This document shows, in pieces, positions 1 through 9,564 of a stretch of 64,000 nucleotides of DNA. The notes below the pieces were generated by a model. That model ran no database searches and had not been told where the DNA came from. It worked only from the letters and a program-made list of their open reading frames with translations. Location of the stretch: positions 62,001 to 126,000 of IMG/VR virus record IMGVR_UViG_3300023083_000001; one strand, given 5' to 3'. The position numbers and the translations under genes are program-made. Numbering within the stretch: position 1 is the first letter of the stretch; the number at the start of each line of letters is the position of its first letter.

Positions 1-48
1 ACTACAACATGCGCTGGAAGGAAGAACGCATCACGAGGGCGTTTGACA

Positions 49-423
49 ATGGACCTCTGGACGATACAGATGGCAAAGTGGAGGATAGCAAGGGATCAGG
101 AGATACCCTTTCTTGACACCACTGTAAAATCGGGTGACAAGGTCTTTGCACCCTCATGGCAGATTGTCATGGATGTAAAGGCCAAGATCATTACACCTGA
201 TGAGTACACCGTACACTACACCGCCATGATGCGGGAAAGCTACACCCACAATAAGGAACGCTGGTTAGAAGTGTGCAATATGAAACAGGTCGCCATTGCC
301 TGCTATTGCGAGGAAGGACACTTCTGCCACCGACATGTATTAGCGTATATGTTTCAACGCGTTTGTCATCAACATGGAATTTCGTTTAAATTACGAGGCG
401 AGTTATCTCGTCGTCAGGGGTGA
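49..423 (+). CDS. DUF488-like protein
   Basis: Motifs DTTVKS, FAPSW..V and terminal CYC..GHFCHRHVL are typical of DUF488-like proteins; ATG at 49 preferred to TTG at 43. Confidence 0.6.
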   Translation: MDLWTIQMAKWRIARDQEIPFLDTTVKSGDKVFAPSWQIVMDVKAKIITPDEYTVHYTAMMRESYTHNKERWLEVCNMKQVAIACYCEEGHFCHRHVLAYMFQRVCHQHGISFKLRGELSRRQG

Positions 424-426
424 AGT

Positions 427-1110
427 ATGCAAGCTCTGAAACTCAAACCACGGCCAACTGTAAGTATTGCAGTGGATCCGAATCCTACAGCTAGCGAAGT
501 TGCTTACACCAACGGTCACGTAGCGACCACGTTGTTGAAGATGAACAACGTGCAACTGGATGGTCATGCCATTCCAGAGAAAGACGGCGATGTATTCCGT
601 CGCAGGGTCATTGCCAGTAAGATTGTCAAGAAACGTGCGCCGTCAGACGACTTGCCAGACCTCAGTGATCTGAGTGATACCAACTTACCTTGGGCTGGTC
701 ATCTCACGTTCGTCGGTGCTCATCGGCAATTCCGCAGCAAGTTCGTCTTGGCCGCGGTCTGCGACATCGTGCGGATGTACGATGGGTTTCTGTACCACCT
801 GAGTGTTGCAACGCCAGGACGGGATTACAAAGCCCACCCGTTCTGTTTGATCAACATCCCGCCAGTGGATATCCGCGAACAACACTGTCACGTTACCATC
901 GACCGCCATCTTGATTACGCTACTGTCGAGCGTCATTTCAGCAATGCTGAGGACGTTCCGCGGCAGTTGATCCTTGAACTGGTCCGGTTGGGCTATGTAC
1001 TTGAGGGTAACGTCTTCAGTCATCCGCAGTTCACAGGGATTGAAGGTCGTATCCGTTGCGACCTGTGGGGTAAGGTCATCACCAACCAACCGTTGCGAGA
1101 AGTGAAATGA
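427..1110 (+). CDS. hypothetical protein
   Basis: 227-aa ORF tightly packed between neighbours; overlaps the next start (ATGA). Confidence 0.75.
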   Translation: MQALKLKPRPTVSIAVDPNPTASEVAYTNGHVATTLLKMNNVQLDGHAIPEKDGDVFRRRVIASKIVKKRAPSDDLPDLSDLSDTNLPWAGHLTFVGAHRQFRSKFVLAAVCDIVRMYDGFLYHLSVATPGRDYKAHPFCLINIPPVDIREQHCHVTIDRHLDYATVERHFSNAEDVPRQLILELVRLGYVLEGNVFSHPQFTGIEGRIRCDLWGKVITNQPLREVK

Positions 1111-1625
1111 CCGCATTTCTGAAGCTGATCCCTGGTTGGATCTACGCCGTGATTGCGTTCCTGGTCCTGGCATTCGTGATTTACGAGGTCGTGGACACGA
1201 TCAGTGCTCAAGCCACCAGCATCGCCAAGTTGCAAGATGAGAAGGCTGACTTGGTTACCGATAACGCTTCTCTGACAAAGGAGATCGCTCGGATCAATCA
1301 GGACATTGCTGACAAAGCCAAACTCAACGGTGAAGTCGCAACCAAGACGCAAGAGAACAACCAGACCTTTAACGAACTCGATCAGACATTACAGTCGGCC
1401 ATCGAAGAACGTAAAGCGCTGGAAGCGGCTCTGGCGGCGCAGCAGGCGATTCAGTCACCTGCCGACAATCCTAACACGATTGACATCATACCGGTCTCAA
1501 ACAAGCCCGTAGTCACTCAGGCGTTAATCAACGCCAAGGCTGCGAACAATGAAATGAACCTGGTGTGGAAAGCCTACTGCGTAGGGTCCACCGATGCCAA
1601 ATGTGTGAAGGGGAAGACGCCATGA
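1107..1625 (+). CDS. inner-membrane spanin (i-spanin, Rz-like)
   Basis: N-terminal TM helix (WIYAVIAFLVLAFVIY), long coiled coil, C-terminal Cys pair, directly followed by a lipoprotein gene. Confidence 0.75.
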   Translation: MTAFLKLIPGWIYAVIAFLVLAFVIYEVVDTISAQATSIAKLQDEKADLVTDNASLTKEIARINQDIADKAKLNGEVATKTQENNQTFNELDQTLQSAIEERKALEAALAAQQAIQSPADNPNTIDIIPVSNKPVVTQALINAKAANNEMNLVWKAYCVGSTDAKCVKGKTP

Positions 1626-1945
1626 AGCATGTTCTGATATTGGCGATCTTGTTCATGATCGTTGGCTGTGCTGCGCAAACTGTGACGGTCACCGAGACCA
1701 CCACACACTACGCCGTCATGGAAGATAACTGGCTAGTGGATTGTCCGACGGTACCACCGCCTGACCAGCTGGTATATACAGCTGGTACGTTGCAACAACG
1801 CATTGACATGTGGACGGCTACCTATCTGGAACAAGCCCGTATCCAGAGCGAGTGTCGTATCCGTAGTAAAGCTGCACGCGACTACAATAATCTCAAGCGT
1901 AACGAGACGACGGTCGTAACGTGTAGCGAAGGTCAGTGCAAATAA
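1622..1945 (+). CDS. outer-membrane lipoprotein spanin (o-spanin, Rz1-like)
   Basis: ATG at 1622 overlaps the i-spanin stop (ATGA); signal peptide MKHVLILAILFMIVG-C with lipobox; Pro-rich segment DCPTVPPP. Confidence 0.75.
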   Translation: MKHVLILAILFMIVGCAAQTVTVTETTTHYAVMEDNWLVDCPTVPPPDQLVYTAGTLQQRIDMWTATYLEQARIQSECRIRSKAARDYNNLKRNETTVVTCSEGQCK

Positions 1946-1950
1946 ATGCG

Positions 1951-1977
1951 GCCGTGGGTAAGACCACGGCTGTATGC
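1951..1977 (+). terminator. hairpin terminator followed by TGTATG
   Basis: GCCGTGG-gtaaga-CCACGGC just after the spanin stop. Confidence 0.55.
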
Positions 1978-2002
1978 CCCATTCTTATTTAAATTAGTTA
2001 TG

Positions 2003-2018
2003 GTCATACATTGTAGAT
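2003..2018 (+). promoter_or_regulatory. putative early (virion RNAP) promoter motif
   Basis: GTCATACATTGTAGAT, identical to 11085-11100; resembles the phiKZ early motif TATATTAC (inference). Confidence 0.5.
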
Positions 2019-2049
2019 ATGAACACAACTAATGACCGAGGAGGTCTGT

Positions 2050-2319
2050 ATGAATGATGCACAGAAAGCCCAGATGATTTTGATGGGTCAGTACCACCAA
2101 GAACTCGTTAAACAACTAGCGGCTATCGAGGATCTACTGAGTAGTCCTCACGCCAGTTTGTTGAGTCCAGATGTAGTTGACATGGTGGTCGACGACGTGC
2201 TGCGTTACCAAGGGCGTATCGCCGACATGCGTAAGTACGTCACTGCCGTTGCCTACGGCACGGTCTTTGAAAGTATATTCCATGACCTGATTACATCCAG
2301 ACTTGCCAAAAATGCTTAA
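2050..2319 (+). CDS. hypothetical early protein
   Basis: ATG at 2050 follows GAGGAGG; helical 89-aa product. Confidence 0.75.
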   Translation: MNDAQKAQMILMGQYHQELVKQLAAIEDLLSSPHASLLSPDVVDMVVDDVLRYQGRIADMRKYVTAVAYGTVFESIFHDLITSRLAKNA

Positions 2320-2337
2320 CCAGACCGAGGAGGTCAG

Positions 2338-2622
2338 ATGTACGATATGGGCATTACAGATTACGACAAGGACTTTGTTGGGCAATCTGTTGAATTAGCA
2401 AAGCAAGTCGAAGAACTGCGATTAGTTCGAGATGCGCTGAGCGTTACACGTAGTCAGTTGTCCATGAAGAAACTGGAGTTGAGCATGCGTCAGAGTGATC
2501 TGCGCGACATCAACAAAGAGATCCTCAAGACCATGATCGCATGGCGCAGGACTGTGGATCAGCTTGACGAGTTGTTGGAACAGCAATTGGGTTACATCAA
2601 CACTCGACGTTTTAACTACTGA
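2338..2622 (+). CDS. hypothetical early protein (coiled coil)
   Basis: Strong SD; heptad-like Leu pattern. Confidence 0.75.
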   Translation: MYDMGITDYDKDFVGQSVELAKQVEELRLVRDALSVTRSQLSMKKLELSMRQSDLRDINKEILKTMIAWRRTVDQLDELLEQQLGYINTRRFNY

Positions 2623-2630
2623 GTGAACAG

Positions 2631-2664
2631 GCTGAGAGGACTTCGGTTCTCTCAGTCGTTTATG
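2631..2664 (+). terminator. hairpin terminator (TTCG loop) plus TTTATG
   Basis: GCTGAGAGGAC-ttcg-GTTCTCTCAGT. Confidence 0.6.
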
Positions 2665-2692
2665 CTGCTAGTGTCAATCGCAGTTAAAAAGA

Positions 2693-2710
2693 TTACAAAC
2701 ATACATTGTA
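2693..2710 (+). promoter_or_regulatory. putative early promoter motif
   Basis: TTACAAACATACATTGTA. Confidence 0.45.
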
Positions 2711-2774
2711 AGCATGAGCCAGGCTGGTCAATACCCCAGTCTGTAAATTTCCTTATGTCCGTGGAGGACCTGTA

Positions 2775-3062
2775 ATGACCGCTTCTGTAATTCACCTGAA
2801 AGCTTTCAAGAACAACTTCGGCGCTCAACAATCGCCGTGTGCGTTCATCGATGTACTGATCACCATCTGCGATGAGCTGGACCGTGAATGTGATCAGCTG
2901 CTTAACCGTATCACGTACGAAGCTATTCGGGAAGACTACAATGATTCCCGTCGCAATGCCGCGGTAGAAGCTTACCAGGCCCGTCTGCAACAGCATGATG
3001 ATACATTCGAGTTTCTGCACAACTTGATGTCCATCGATCGACTGTCTCAGCTACAACTATAA
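2775..3062 (+). CDS. hypothetical early protein
   Basis: SD GTGGAGG; 95 aa. Confidence 0.75.
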   Translation: MTASVIHLKAFKNNFGAQQSPCAFIDVLITICDELDRECDQLLNRITYEAIREDYNDSRRNAAVEAYQARLQQHDDTFEFLHNLMSIDRLSQLQL

Positions 3063-3072
3063 GGAGCGGTAC

Positions 3073-3384
3073 ATGGTCCCAAAGTCGTGCTTAGATTTAC
3101 TGTGTAACCAGATCCAGGAATACAACGCCCTGGCGCTTGAGAAGATCAAGCGCCTGCATTATGCAGGATTCACAGACCTTGAGTTAGTCGAAGGTCTGAT
3201 GGGGTTCTACGACCTGGCTGCACCAAAGATGTATTCTACATTGAACCTGATGAGTGAGGCGCAGAAGATTCGGCATTTACATGTTGTACTTAATTCCGCT
3301 TATCTGCAAACATTCGTCTCAGTTGAAGACGTGGGTGAGGTTGTTCCATGGAGGGTCAAAGCTTATGTCGATAAACATCTCTAA
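3073..3384 (+). CDS. hypothetical protein
   Basis: AAGGAG SD; followed by a terminator. Confidence 0.75.
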   Translation: MVPKSCLDLLCNQIQEYNALALEKIKRLHYAGFTDLELVEGLMGFYDLAAPKMYSTLNLMSEAQKIRHLHVVLNSAYLQTFVSVEDVGEVVPWRVKAYVDKHL

Positions 3385-3426
3385 CATGCAGCACCCTCAG
3401 GGGTGCTGTGTTCTCTTCTTTTTTTT
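3383..3426 (+). terminator. intrinsic terminator
   Basis: CAGCACCC-tcag-GGGTGCTG followed by a T-run. Confidence 0.7.
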
Positions 3427-3479
3427 GTTTACGTATAGAGAATAAGGTATAGAGATTAATAGATGGCAGCGATTAGCAC

Positions 3480-3770
3480 ATGAAACGAATCCACTTAAAA
3501 CCAGAATTCGCTACGAAGGGTTTCTATTACCTGGACCATCAGCCCACCGGCAAAGTTTACACCGGTGTATCTGACAACATGCAGCAAGAGATCCTGGACA
3601 TCCAGTACCAGTTACAACAAGGGACGTGTAAATGCAAACGTCTGGTCAGACTGCATATCGCAGAGTCCAGCTTTGTCGCTAAATGCTTTCCTGTTAAAGG
3701 TGTACGTGAAGCCAAGAAACTGGAAAAGGAATTCCGTCAGGACAAGCCTACGTTTCTCCTGATTAACTGA
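3480..3770 (+). CDS. small GIY-YIG-like nuclease domain protein
   Basis: KGFYYLDHQPTGKVYTGVS fits the GIY...YIG two-strand motif; catalytic-domain size only. Confidence 0.55.
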   Translation: MKRIHLKPEFATKGFYYLDHQPTGKVYTGVSDNMQQEILDIQYQLQQGTCKCKRLVRLHIAESSFVAKCFPVKGVREAKKLEKEFRQDKPTFLLIN

Positions 3771-3775
3771 AACGA

Positions 3776-3809
3776 CATACAGCCCCACCCTTGCGGGTGG
3801 GGCTGTATG
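3776..3809. terminator. bidirectional palindromic terminator
   Basis: 15-bp perfect stem CATACAGCCCCACCC/GGGTGGGGCTGTATG between convergent genes. Confidence 0.7.
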
Positions 3810-3827
3810 CTCTTTCTTTTTTTTGTA

Positions 3828-5063
3828 TCAGACCAAACTACCGCGAAGACCCAAGCAACGGTTGATCTCTACGAGAGCAGGTTTGATCAACCTGTCGGTA
3901 GGTGTGTGGATCGATCCACCCAAGAACCCCAACATGGCTTCTTCCACACGCATGACTGCATCAGCCTCACGATACGCGGTGAACTGCGGCTCAGCCCAGG
4001 TTTTGGGATCGCCCTGTTCATCGCTGACCTTTTGTCGTTTAGCAAGCTCGATCTCAAACTGACGTCTCACGCCGTCGATGATGGTTTTGAACTTCGAGAG
4101 TTTGTTTGCGTCGTAACCAAGTACCTCAATCAACTCTCGCCGAGCAGCCAGCAGTTTGTCAAGGGGAACTTGTTGCAGATTACGCACCTCGTAATCTTTA
4201 GGCTTACCGTTAATGATCTCAACCTTCGGTCCACCGGGGTAGAAAGCTGCGTACAGGTTAGTACCCGTACTGAACTTAATCTCCGCTGAGTAATTAGTCA
4301 CCATGTTCTGAAGCTGGCTGTGTTTACCGGTGACTGATTGTCGGTCCAACGTCACGCACTTCTGACAAGCCTTTTCGATCTCGTCGATAAACTTCTTGGA
4401 GAAGTCAGCAACCTTCCCGGCGTTAGTGACCACCTCATCAAACGTGTGACCCAGGAAGCCGATACTCACACTGTGACCTTCAGCGTAACCCAACCGCAGA
4501 CTGGTCGACGTCTGAGGACGTGGAGGCTTTGGCGCTGCTGCGGTAGTGGCCGGTTCTTTCTCAGCAAAGTGGCTGAAATCGTTTTTAGCTTCACGCGCTT
4601 GACTTTCAGCAGCTTCCTGTTGTTTCATCAAGACCGATACCGTCATGGTCTTTCTGGTGAACAGACTTTTGATCTTCTCGATCAGTGCAGCAATCAACCG
4701 TTTGATCGTGTCGGCGATGTTACCGAGCAAACCACGTTTCTTCGCTTCAGCTTCGGCAGAATATTCCTCAGCAGAAACACTCTCCATGGAAGGCAATGCG
4801 ATTGCTGCGTATTCTTCAACGCCGAAACATTCGAACGCCAGCCGGATTTTACCGTGGTAGCTTTCGACCGAGATCCCTTCTGGACTGATGTCCGTCAGAA
4901 CGTTGCGCATACGCATGGCGATGTGCAGGTCGTTGAGATCTTTCTCGATGGACGATTCAAGACTCATCGTTTCGAGCAGATCGGATTCCAGGCTGATACT
5001 TTCCAGTACGGGTAATGCCGATGGGGTGTTTCTCGCACTGAGTGATTTCAAGAGGCTAGACAT
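3828..5063 (-). CDS. phiKZ-like internal head protein (gp93/gp162-type paralog)
   Basis: Acidic N-terminal propeptide with several S-X-E motifs (ISLES, MSLES, ISVES, SMES), then a KKRG..IK.LI..LIEKIK helix. Confidence 0.7.
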   Translation of the reverse strand: MSSLLKSLSARNTPSALPVLESISLESDLLETMSLESSIEKDLNDLHIAMRMRNVLTDISPEGISVESYHGKIRLAFECFGVEEYAAIALPSMESVSAEEYSAEAEAKKRGLLGNIADTIKRLIAALIEKIKSLFTRKTMTVSVLMKQQEAAESQAREAKNDFSHFAEKEPATTAAAPKPPRPQTSTSLRLGYAEGHSVSIGFLGHTFDEVVTNAGKVADFSKKFIDEIEKACQKCVTLDRQSVTGKHSQLQNMVTNYSAEIKFSTGTNLYAAFYPGGPKVEIINGKPKDYEVRNLQQVPLDKLLAARRELIEVLGYDANKLSKFKTIIDGVRRQFEIELAKRQKVSDEQGDPKTWAEPQFTAYREADAVMRVEEAMLGFLGGSIHTPTDRLIKPALVEINRCLGLRGSLV

Positions 5064-5082
5064 GGACCGCGTTCCTTTCTAT

Positions 5083-6261
5083 TTACTGGACCGAGGTCTT
5101 CGCCATGTTAGCGAGTGCGCTCAGCTGATTGGACAACGTAACTACAGCCGTGTAGAGGTTGTTCTGGAAGCTTTGACCTTCTCGCGCTACGGCAAGCAGC
5201 TTGCCGAGGAACTTACGGTCCTTGGCGATCTCGGCAGGGTCAGCATCCACCTTAGCTTTGAGTTCCCGTTCAGCCTTCTCCAGCTTACCCAAAGCTTCCT
5301 GTCCATGTTGCGCCATCTTGAACAAGAATTCAGCGTCTTGCCTCACCAGGTCCAGCAGTGAGTTCAATTCATCCAGGACCACACCGCCTTCAACCACTGC
5401 CGCTGTGCCGATCGGTTTCATGTAGTCGTCGAAGATGCTGCGCCAGGCGACGGTGAAAGTTTCGACATCGGTCTCGCTCTCAGCACCTTCATTGATGGCT
5501 TTTTGTGCGAGGGCTCTGTAATCCAACCCTTGGATATCCACCAGGAACTTGCGGATCTTGTTGGTGTTCAGTTTACCCGAAGTCAACAAATGGGCTGGAG
5601 TAGTCGGACGTGGCTTGGCACCGTCCTTAACCGTGTCGCGTTCAATCACACCTTCTTTAGGAGGCGTCACTTTTTCAGGAGTAGTCGAGGCTGCTGGTTC
5701 GGCTGCTTTGGCAGGTGCAGCTTTAGGCTTAGCCGGTACAGCGGTGTAACCCAAGGCTTTGACTTCCTTGACGGTTTCTTTGGCAGCGTCTACTTTCTTC
5801 TTGATCGCTTCCGTCTTGACGCCGGCATTGTCTTTGCTGCGAGTCAGCCAGGCCTTGAGCTTGACGATCATTTCACGGATCCACTTGAGGACCGCAGCGA
5901 CCACATCCTTAGCCTTCTGACCAAAGCTCTTCTTGTCAGCTTCAGCCGCTTCCAGAGAAACGGTGAACGCTGCCACTGGCGCTTTAACACCCGTGCTGCT
6001 CATCAGGACGCCAACAGCGAAATGGTAGTCAGCAACCGATTCGGTAGACAACTCCACATTGCTGTAACGTTCAGTGATCGCTTCGAATGAATCACAGAAA
6101 GCCAATGCGCGAGTTACTTCGCCAAAACGGGCTTCAGTCGCATATTGGAAATCTTCATCCGACATGACCAGCGCCGAAGTGTCAACCGAGTCACTGGTTT
6201 CAGGGAGTTGAACTTCACCGCTTTCAATAGCGAGATCCATCAGCAGGTTCTTCAGGTCCAT
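5083..6261 (-). CDS. phiKZ-like internal head protein (paralog)
   Basis: LAIES, LSTES and VSLEA motifs, the same post-propeptide helix, and an Ala/Lys/Pro linker. Confidence 0.7.
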   Translation of the reverse strand: MDLKNLLMDLAIESGEVQLPETSDSVDTSALVMSDEDFQYATEARFGEVTRALAFCDSFEAITERYSNVELSTESVADYHFAVGVLMSSTGVKAPVAAFTVSLEAAEADKKSFGQKAKDVVAAVLKWIREMIVKLKAWLTRSKDNAGVKTEAIKKKVDAAKETVKEVKALGYTAVPAKPKAAPAKAAEPAASTTPEKVTPPKEGVIERDTVKDGAKPRPTTPAHLLTSGKLNTNKIRKFLVDIQGLDYRALAQKAINEGAESETDVETFTVAWRSIFDDYMKPIGTAAVVEGGVVLDELNSLLDLVRQDAEFLFKMAQHGQEALGKLEKAERELKAKVDADPAEIAKDRKFLGKLLAVAREGQSFQNNLYTAVVTLSNQLSALANMAKTSVQ

Positions 6262-6318
6262 GGTGTTACCCTTAGGTTAAGTGTTGGTGAATGACATCCC
6301 TGTCTTACCATTTATGTT

Positions 6319-9192
6319 TCAATGATTACTTCTAGCTCGGGTGAGATTCTTGCGGATGTCTATCAGGTCATCTCTGAATTGACGGATGGCCGCTTGATCA
6401 TCTTTGAATGTTTCGCTGGCGAGATAGTCAGTACCGCAGACCGTGTCATAGATACGTTCGTTCTGGGTTGCAAAATACGTCTCGCGAGTTGTAGTCTTGT
6501 AAAGGTCGTTAAGTTGTTCGATCAACGGCTTCATCAACACTGGTTTATCTTCAGCCAACACACGCAAGCGTGTAGAATGACAACCCAAGCGGATCAGTTC
6601 TTTATCCAACGTGGATGACTCGGTAGAGACTTCATTACGGACAATCTTGATCGTAGTGTTACGCAAGATCTGGTGGATATCCACGTGCTCCACTTTGACC
6701 AGGTTCTGATCGACATGACGTTGGGTCTTGTACTCACCGTTCATGTTGTTCTGCTTGTTCCAGTTCGGCATCCATCCATCATCGTTGTCCGCTTTGATCG
6801 TGTAGATCCAAACGGTCAAGTCCAGGATGTCTTTCTTACTGAAGTCAGGATCAGAGATTTCGATGGTCAGGGTTTTACGCTTCTCATCGTAGCTGTAACG
6901 ATCCAGGAGGAATTTCTTCTCAATAGCTGAGGAAATGCCCAACATGATCGCTTCCGTCTTGTCATCAGCCGTATAGAGCCACGTGTTGTCTTCAGTCCCA
7001 TCCCACTGGACCAACTCACCACTGCGCTCAAAGCCAGGCATCAGCTCGTTCTGTTTATAAGCAGAACCGTGGTAGAGGTAAGGCGGCAGTGCGTAGGTGG
7101 TGTTACCCTCCAGATCCTCCTTGATGGATTCCTGCTCGTACTGACCAATGAAGTCGCGGCGCACCAATCCGTTAGTTTCCAGACTGATCTCGTTCATGAC
7201 CAGATCGAGGATCTCGTTATCGCGACCGTGTGATTCCAGAGCCAGTGTGTCAGTGTCCACGTTGGTGATACCAAGGATACTGGCAACGCTTTCCTGAGAC
7301 CATTGCAAGATGTCGTTACTACGAGTGGAGATGTTAGGCTCATCACTGGTGTCGAGCAGCATGTCCCAGACAAACACTGGACCGTCTTGACCCAGACGCG
7401 CTGCCCGTGCAATTGTCTGCACACGGATCGCATCACGGAACGGTTGGTTGATCAGGATCATGTCACTGGCGGGTGTCAACGGTACCGCTGTCGACAGAGA
7501 CTGGAAAGTCGCCGCTAACGGATTGACATCAGGATCAACGTAGAACGATTTAACGATACTGGACAAGTCCTTGTTCGTTGCGCCGTAAACGCGAGCGGTG
7601 TTGTAACCTTCCTTCTCGATGATGTCAGCGGTACGTTCCAACACCTCCACAAACGAGGTGAAGATCAGCATCTTCTTGCGAGCACCGTCGATGTACTTGA
7701 CGAAGTCGATATGCTCAACCATCTCCAAGTGACACTTACTGCGCATGCCGCCAACAATGGTTCCGAGCGCCTCACCCATGATCTTGAGCTTGACGTACTT
7801 GACCACCGACCTTGCGCCTTTGAAATCGTTCTTCAAAGGGTTGGTCAATGTTGGCAAGATGGTCTTCAGCTCGTACGTATTGCAGAGCTGCGCCTCAGCT
7901 TTCATAAGCTTTGGATCATACCCGGAAGATATAGTTCTAAAAGCAGATCGGTAATTACCGTAAGCACGACGATCAGCGTCAGTACGCAAAGTTCTTTCGA
8001 AGACACTGAGACCTTCCTGATATTTGTCATCGAAGTACTTCTTGTTCTTCGTGTAGTACAGCACGCGTTCAGCAATAAAGTCTCTCATTACTTCGCCAAT
8101 CGCCTGGAGCGTGTACTTCTTGGCGTTAGGCATTTGTACTTTGACAACTTCAGCGGTCACCACGGTGTCGACCACATCCTGTTTAGGCACGTGGAACTTC
8201 AAGTGCCCGATGCGGTGACGCAAAATGTCGTTAGCACGACGTGCATCTTTACCGTAGATCTTACGGAAGCGTTCTTCACACTCATCGTCAAAATCAGGGA
8301 CGGCGCATTTAAGGAAAGGAACGCACTCGATCCCCAATGCCAGGATCGGTGTACCCGATGCCCAGAGGTTGTAGCCGATGTCCTTAATGCTGCACAGCTC
8401 GACAAACATCTGCGTACGGTCTGCCGCCAGACGGTTGAAGTTGTGAGACTCGTCCAACACGATAAACGTGTCTTTGTTCTTGAACTCACGAGGATTGGCT
8501 TTTACAAACGCCAGGATCTTCTCGAGAGATTCGTAGTGGCAGATGTAGTAATGATGGTTGGTCGTTGGAGCCGTCCCATCGGTACTCATCCAGTACGTTT
8601 TCTTTTGCAGCATGATGTTAGCGATTGTATCTTCCCAGACGCGTTCAATAGCGTTCTTAGGCGTAACGATAATCACATGCTTAGCGTGCAAGCACTCACC
8701 GAGTACCAGGTCTGCCACGGTCTTACCAGAGCCTGCACCGGCATCCAGCATGTAGCCACGCAGGTTATACGCAGGCAGCATCTTACCGTAGAGTCGTACG
8801 AACTCTTTCTGGAACGGCTTGAGGGGGAAGGGCACCAGTTTATCAACCACTGACAAATCGGTGATGGATTCCACATCGCGATCGATCTGACCCAACCAGG
8901 TCTTCGTCAGCAGTGCATCGATGATCTTAGCCAGTACACGTTTAGGTGTACGGGATTGACGATCCTTGTAGATCGTTTCGCAGATATAAAGGAAGTCCAA
9001 ACCGAAGAAGTGTTTCATCTTCAGTTCACTGGCACGTACCGTGCTGAACATGTATTTGGAGATGGTGTTGTTACCCCAGATCCGATACATGTCTTTGAAC
9101 AACGCAAACGTACTGATCCCTTCCACCACAATGTGCTTGGGCGTGACTTCAACGTCCACGATTCCCAAACGATACTTTAGACCTGATAACAT
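6319..9192 (-). CDS. SNF2-like SF2 helicase with C-terminal extra domains
   Basis: Walker A DAGAGSGKT, DESH box, motif III SGTP, motif VI QTIARAARLG; about 300 aa of extension after LALES. Confidence 0.85.
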   Translation of the reverse strand: MLSGLKYRLGIVDVEVTPKHIVVEGISTFALFKDMYRIWGNNTISKYMFSTVRASELKMKHFFGLDFLYICETIYKDRQSRTPKRVLAKIIDALLTKTWLGQIDRDVESITDLSVVDKLVPFPLKPFQKEFVRLYGKMLPAYNLRGYMLDAGAGSGKTVADLVLGECLHAKHVIIVTPKNAIERVWEDTIANIMLQKKTYWMSTDGTAPTTNHHYYICHYESLEKILAFVKANPREFKNKDTFIVLDESHNFNRLAADRTQMFVELCSIKDIGYNLWASGTPILALGIECVPFLKCAVPDFDDECEERFRKIYGKDARRANDILRHRIGHLKFHVPKQDVVDTVVTAEVVKVQMPNAKKYTLQAIGEVMRDFIAERVLYYTKNKKYFDDKYQEGLSVFERTLRTDADRRAYGNYRSAFRTISSGYDPKLMKAEAQLCNTYELKTILPTLTNPLKNDFKGARSVVKYVKLKIMGEALGTIVGGMRSKCHLEMVEHIDFVKYIDGARKKMLIFTSFVEVLERTADIIEKEGYNTARVYGATNKDLSSIVKSFYVDPDVNPLAATFQSLSTAVPLTPASDMILINQPFRDAIRVQTIARAARLGQDGPVFVWDMLLDTSDEPNISTRSNDILQWSQESVASILGITNVDTDTLALESHGRDNEILDLVMNEISLETNGLVRRDFIGQYEQESIKEDLEGNTTYALPPYLYHGSAYKQNELMPGFERSGELVQWDGTEDNTWLYTADDKTEAIMLGISSAIEKKFLLDRYSYDEKRKTLTIEISDPDFSKKDILDLTVWIYTIKADNDDGWMPNWNKQNNMNGEYKTQRHVDQNLVKVEHVDIHQILRNTTIKIVRNEVSTESSTLDKELIRLGCHSTRLRVLAEDKPVLMKPLIEQLNDLYKTTTRETYFATQNERIYDTVCGTDYLASETFKDDQAAIRQFRDDLIDIRKNLTRARSNH

Positions 9193-9252
9193 ACACGGCT
9201 CCGTTACTGCACACTGCGGTGAAGGGATTTGATTAAATAGACATAAAATCTG

Positions 9253-9564
9253 TCACAGCCAATCTTCGGGGATATCGGGCAGATCTACAATCTGTCCTTT
9301 CAGGTCATGACTGCAATCATCCAGGAAGTTAATCTTGCCCGCTTGTACGAAGGCATGGCACACCCGACGTGGATTATTCCCCAGGACCACCAGGACGCTA
9401 GGAGACAGAGTGGGGGTGAGTACATCCCCATCCCACTGCCAAATAGCGCCGACGCTGTTGCGTTTGAGGATGGTCACTGGATGCAACATCATACAACCTG
9501 GACAAAAATATTCGAGGACGTTGTCATCGCAGAGGATCAGTTTAGGAGACAGGTACTTATCCAT
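9253..9564 (-). CDS. DUF6527-like Zn-binding protein
   Basis: FCPGC..H, W.WDG...PTLSPS, CH.F...G.I.FL.DC.H. Confidence 0.65.
   Translation of the reverse strand: MDKYLSPKLILCDDNVLEYFCPGCMMLHPVTILKRNSVGAIWQWDGDVLTPTLSPSVLVVLGNNPRRVCHAFVQAGKINFLDDCSHDLKGQIVDLPDIPEDWL

Larger units (their letters stand above)
2034..2769 (+). promoter_or_regulatory. SD-loop hairpins, cluster 1 (2034-2046, 2323-2335, 2757-2769)
   Basis: GACC-GAGGA-GGTC twice and GTCC-GTGGA-GGAC once, each 2-5 nt before an ATG. Confidence 0.65.
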
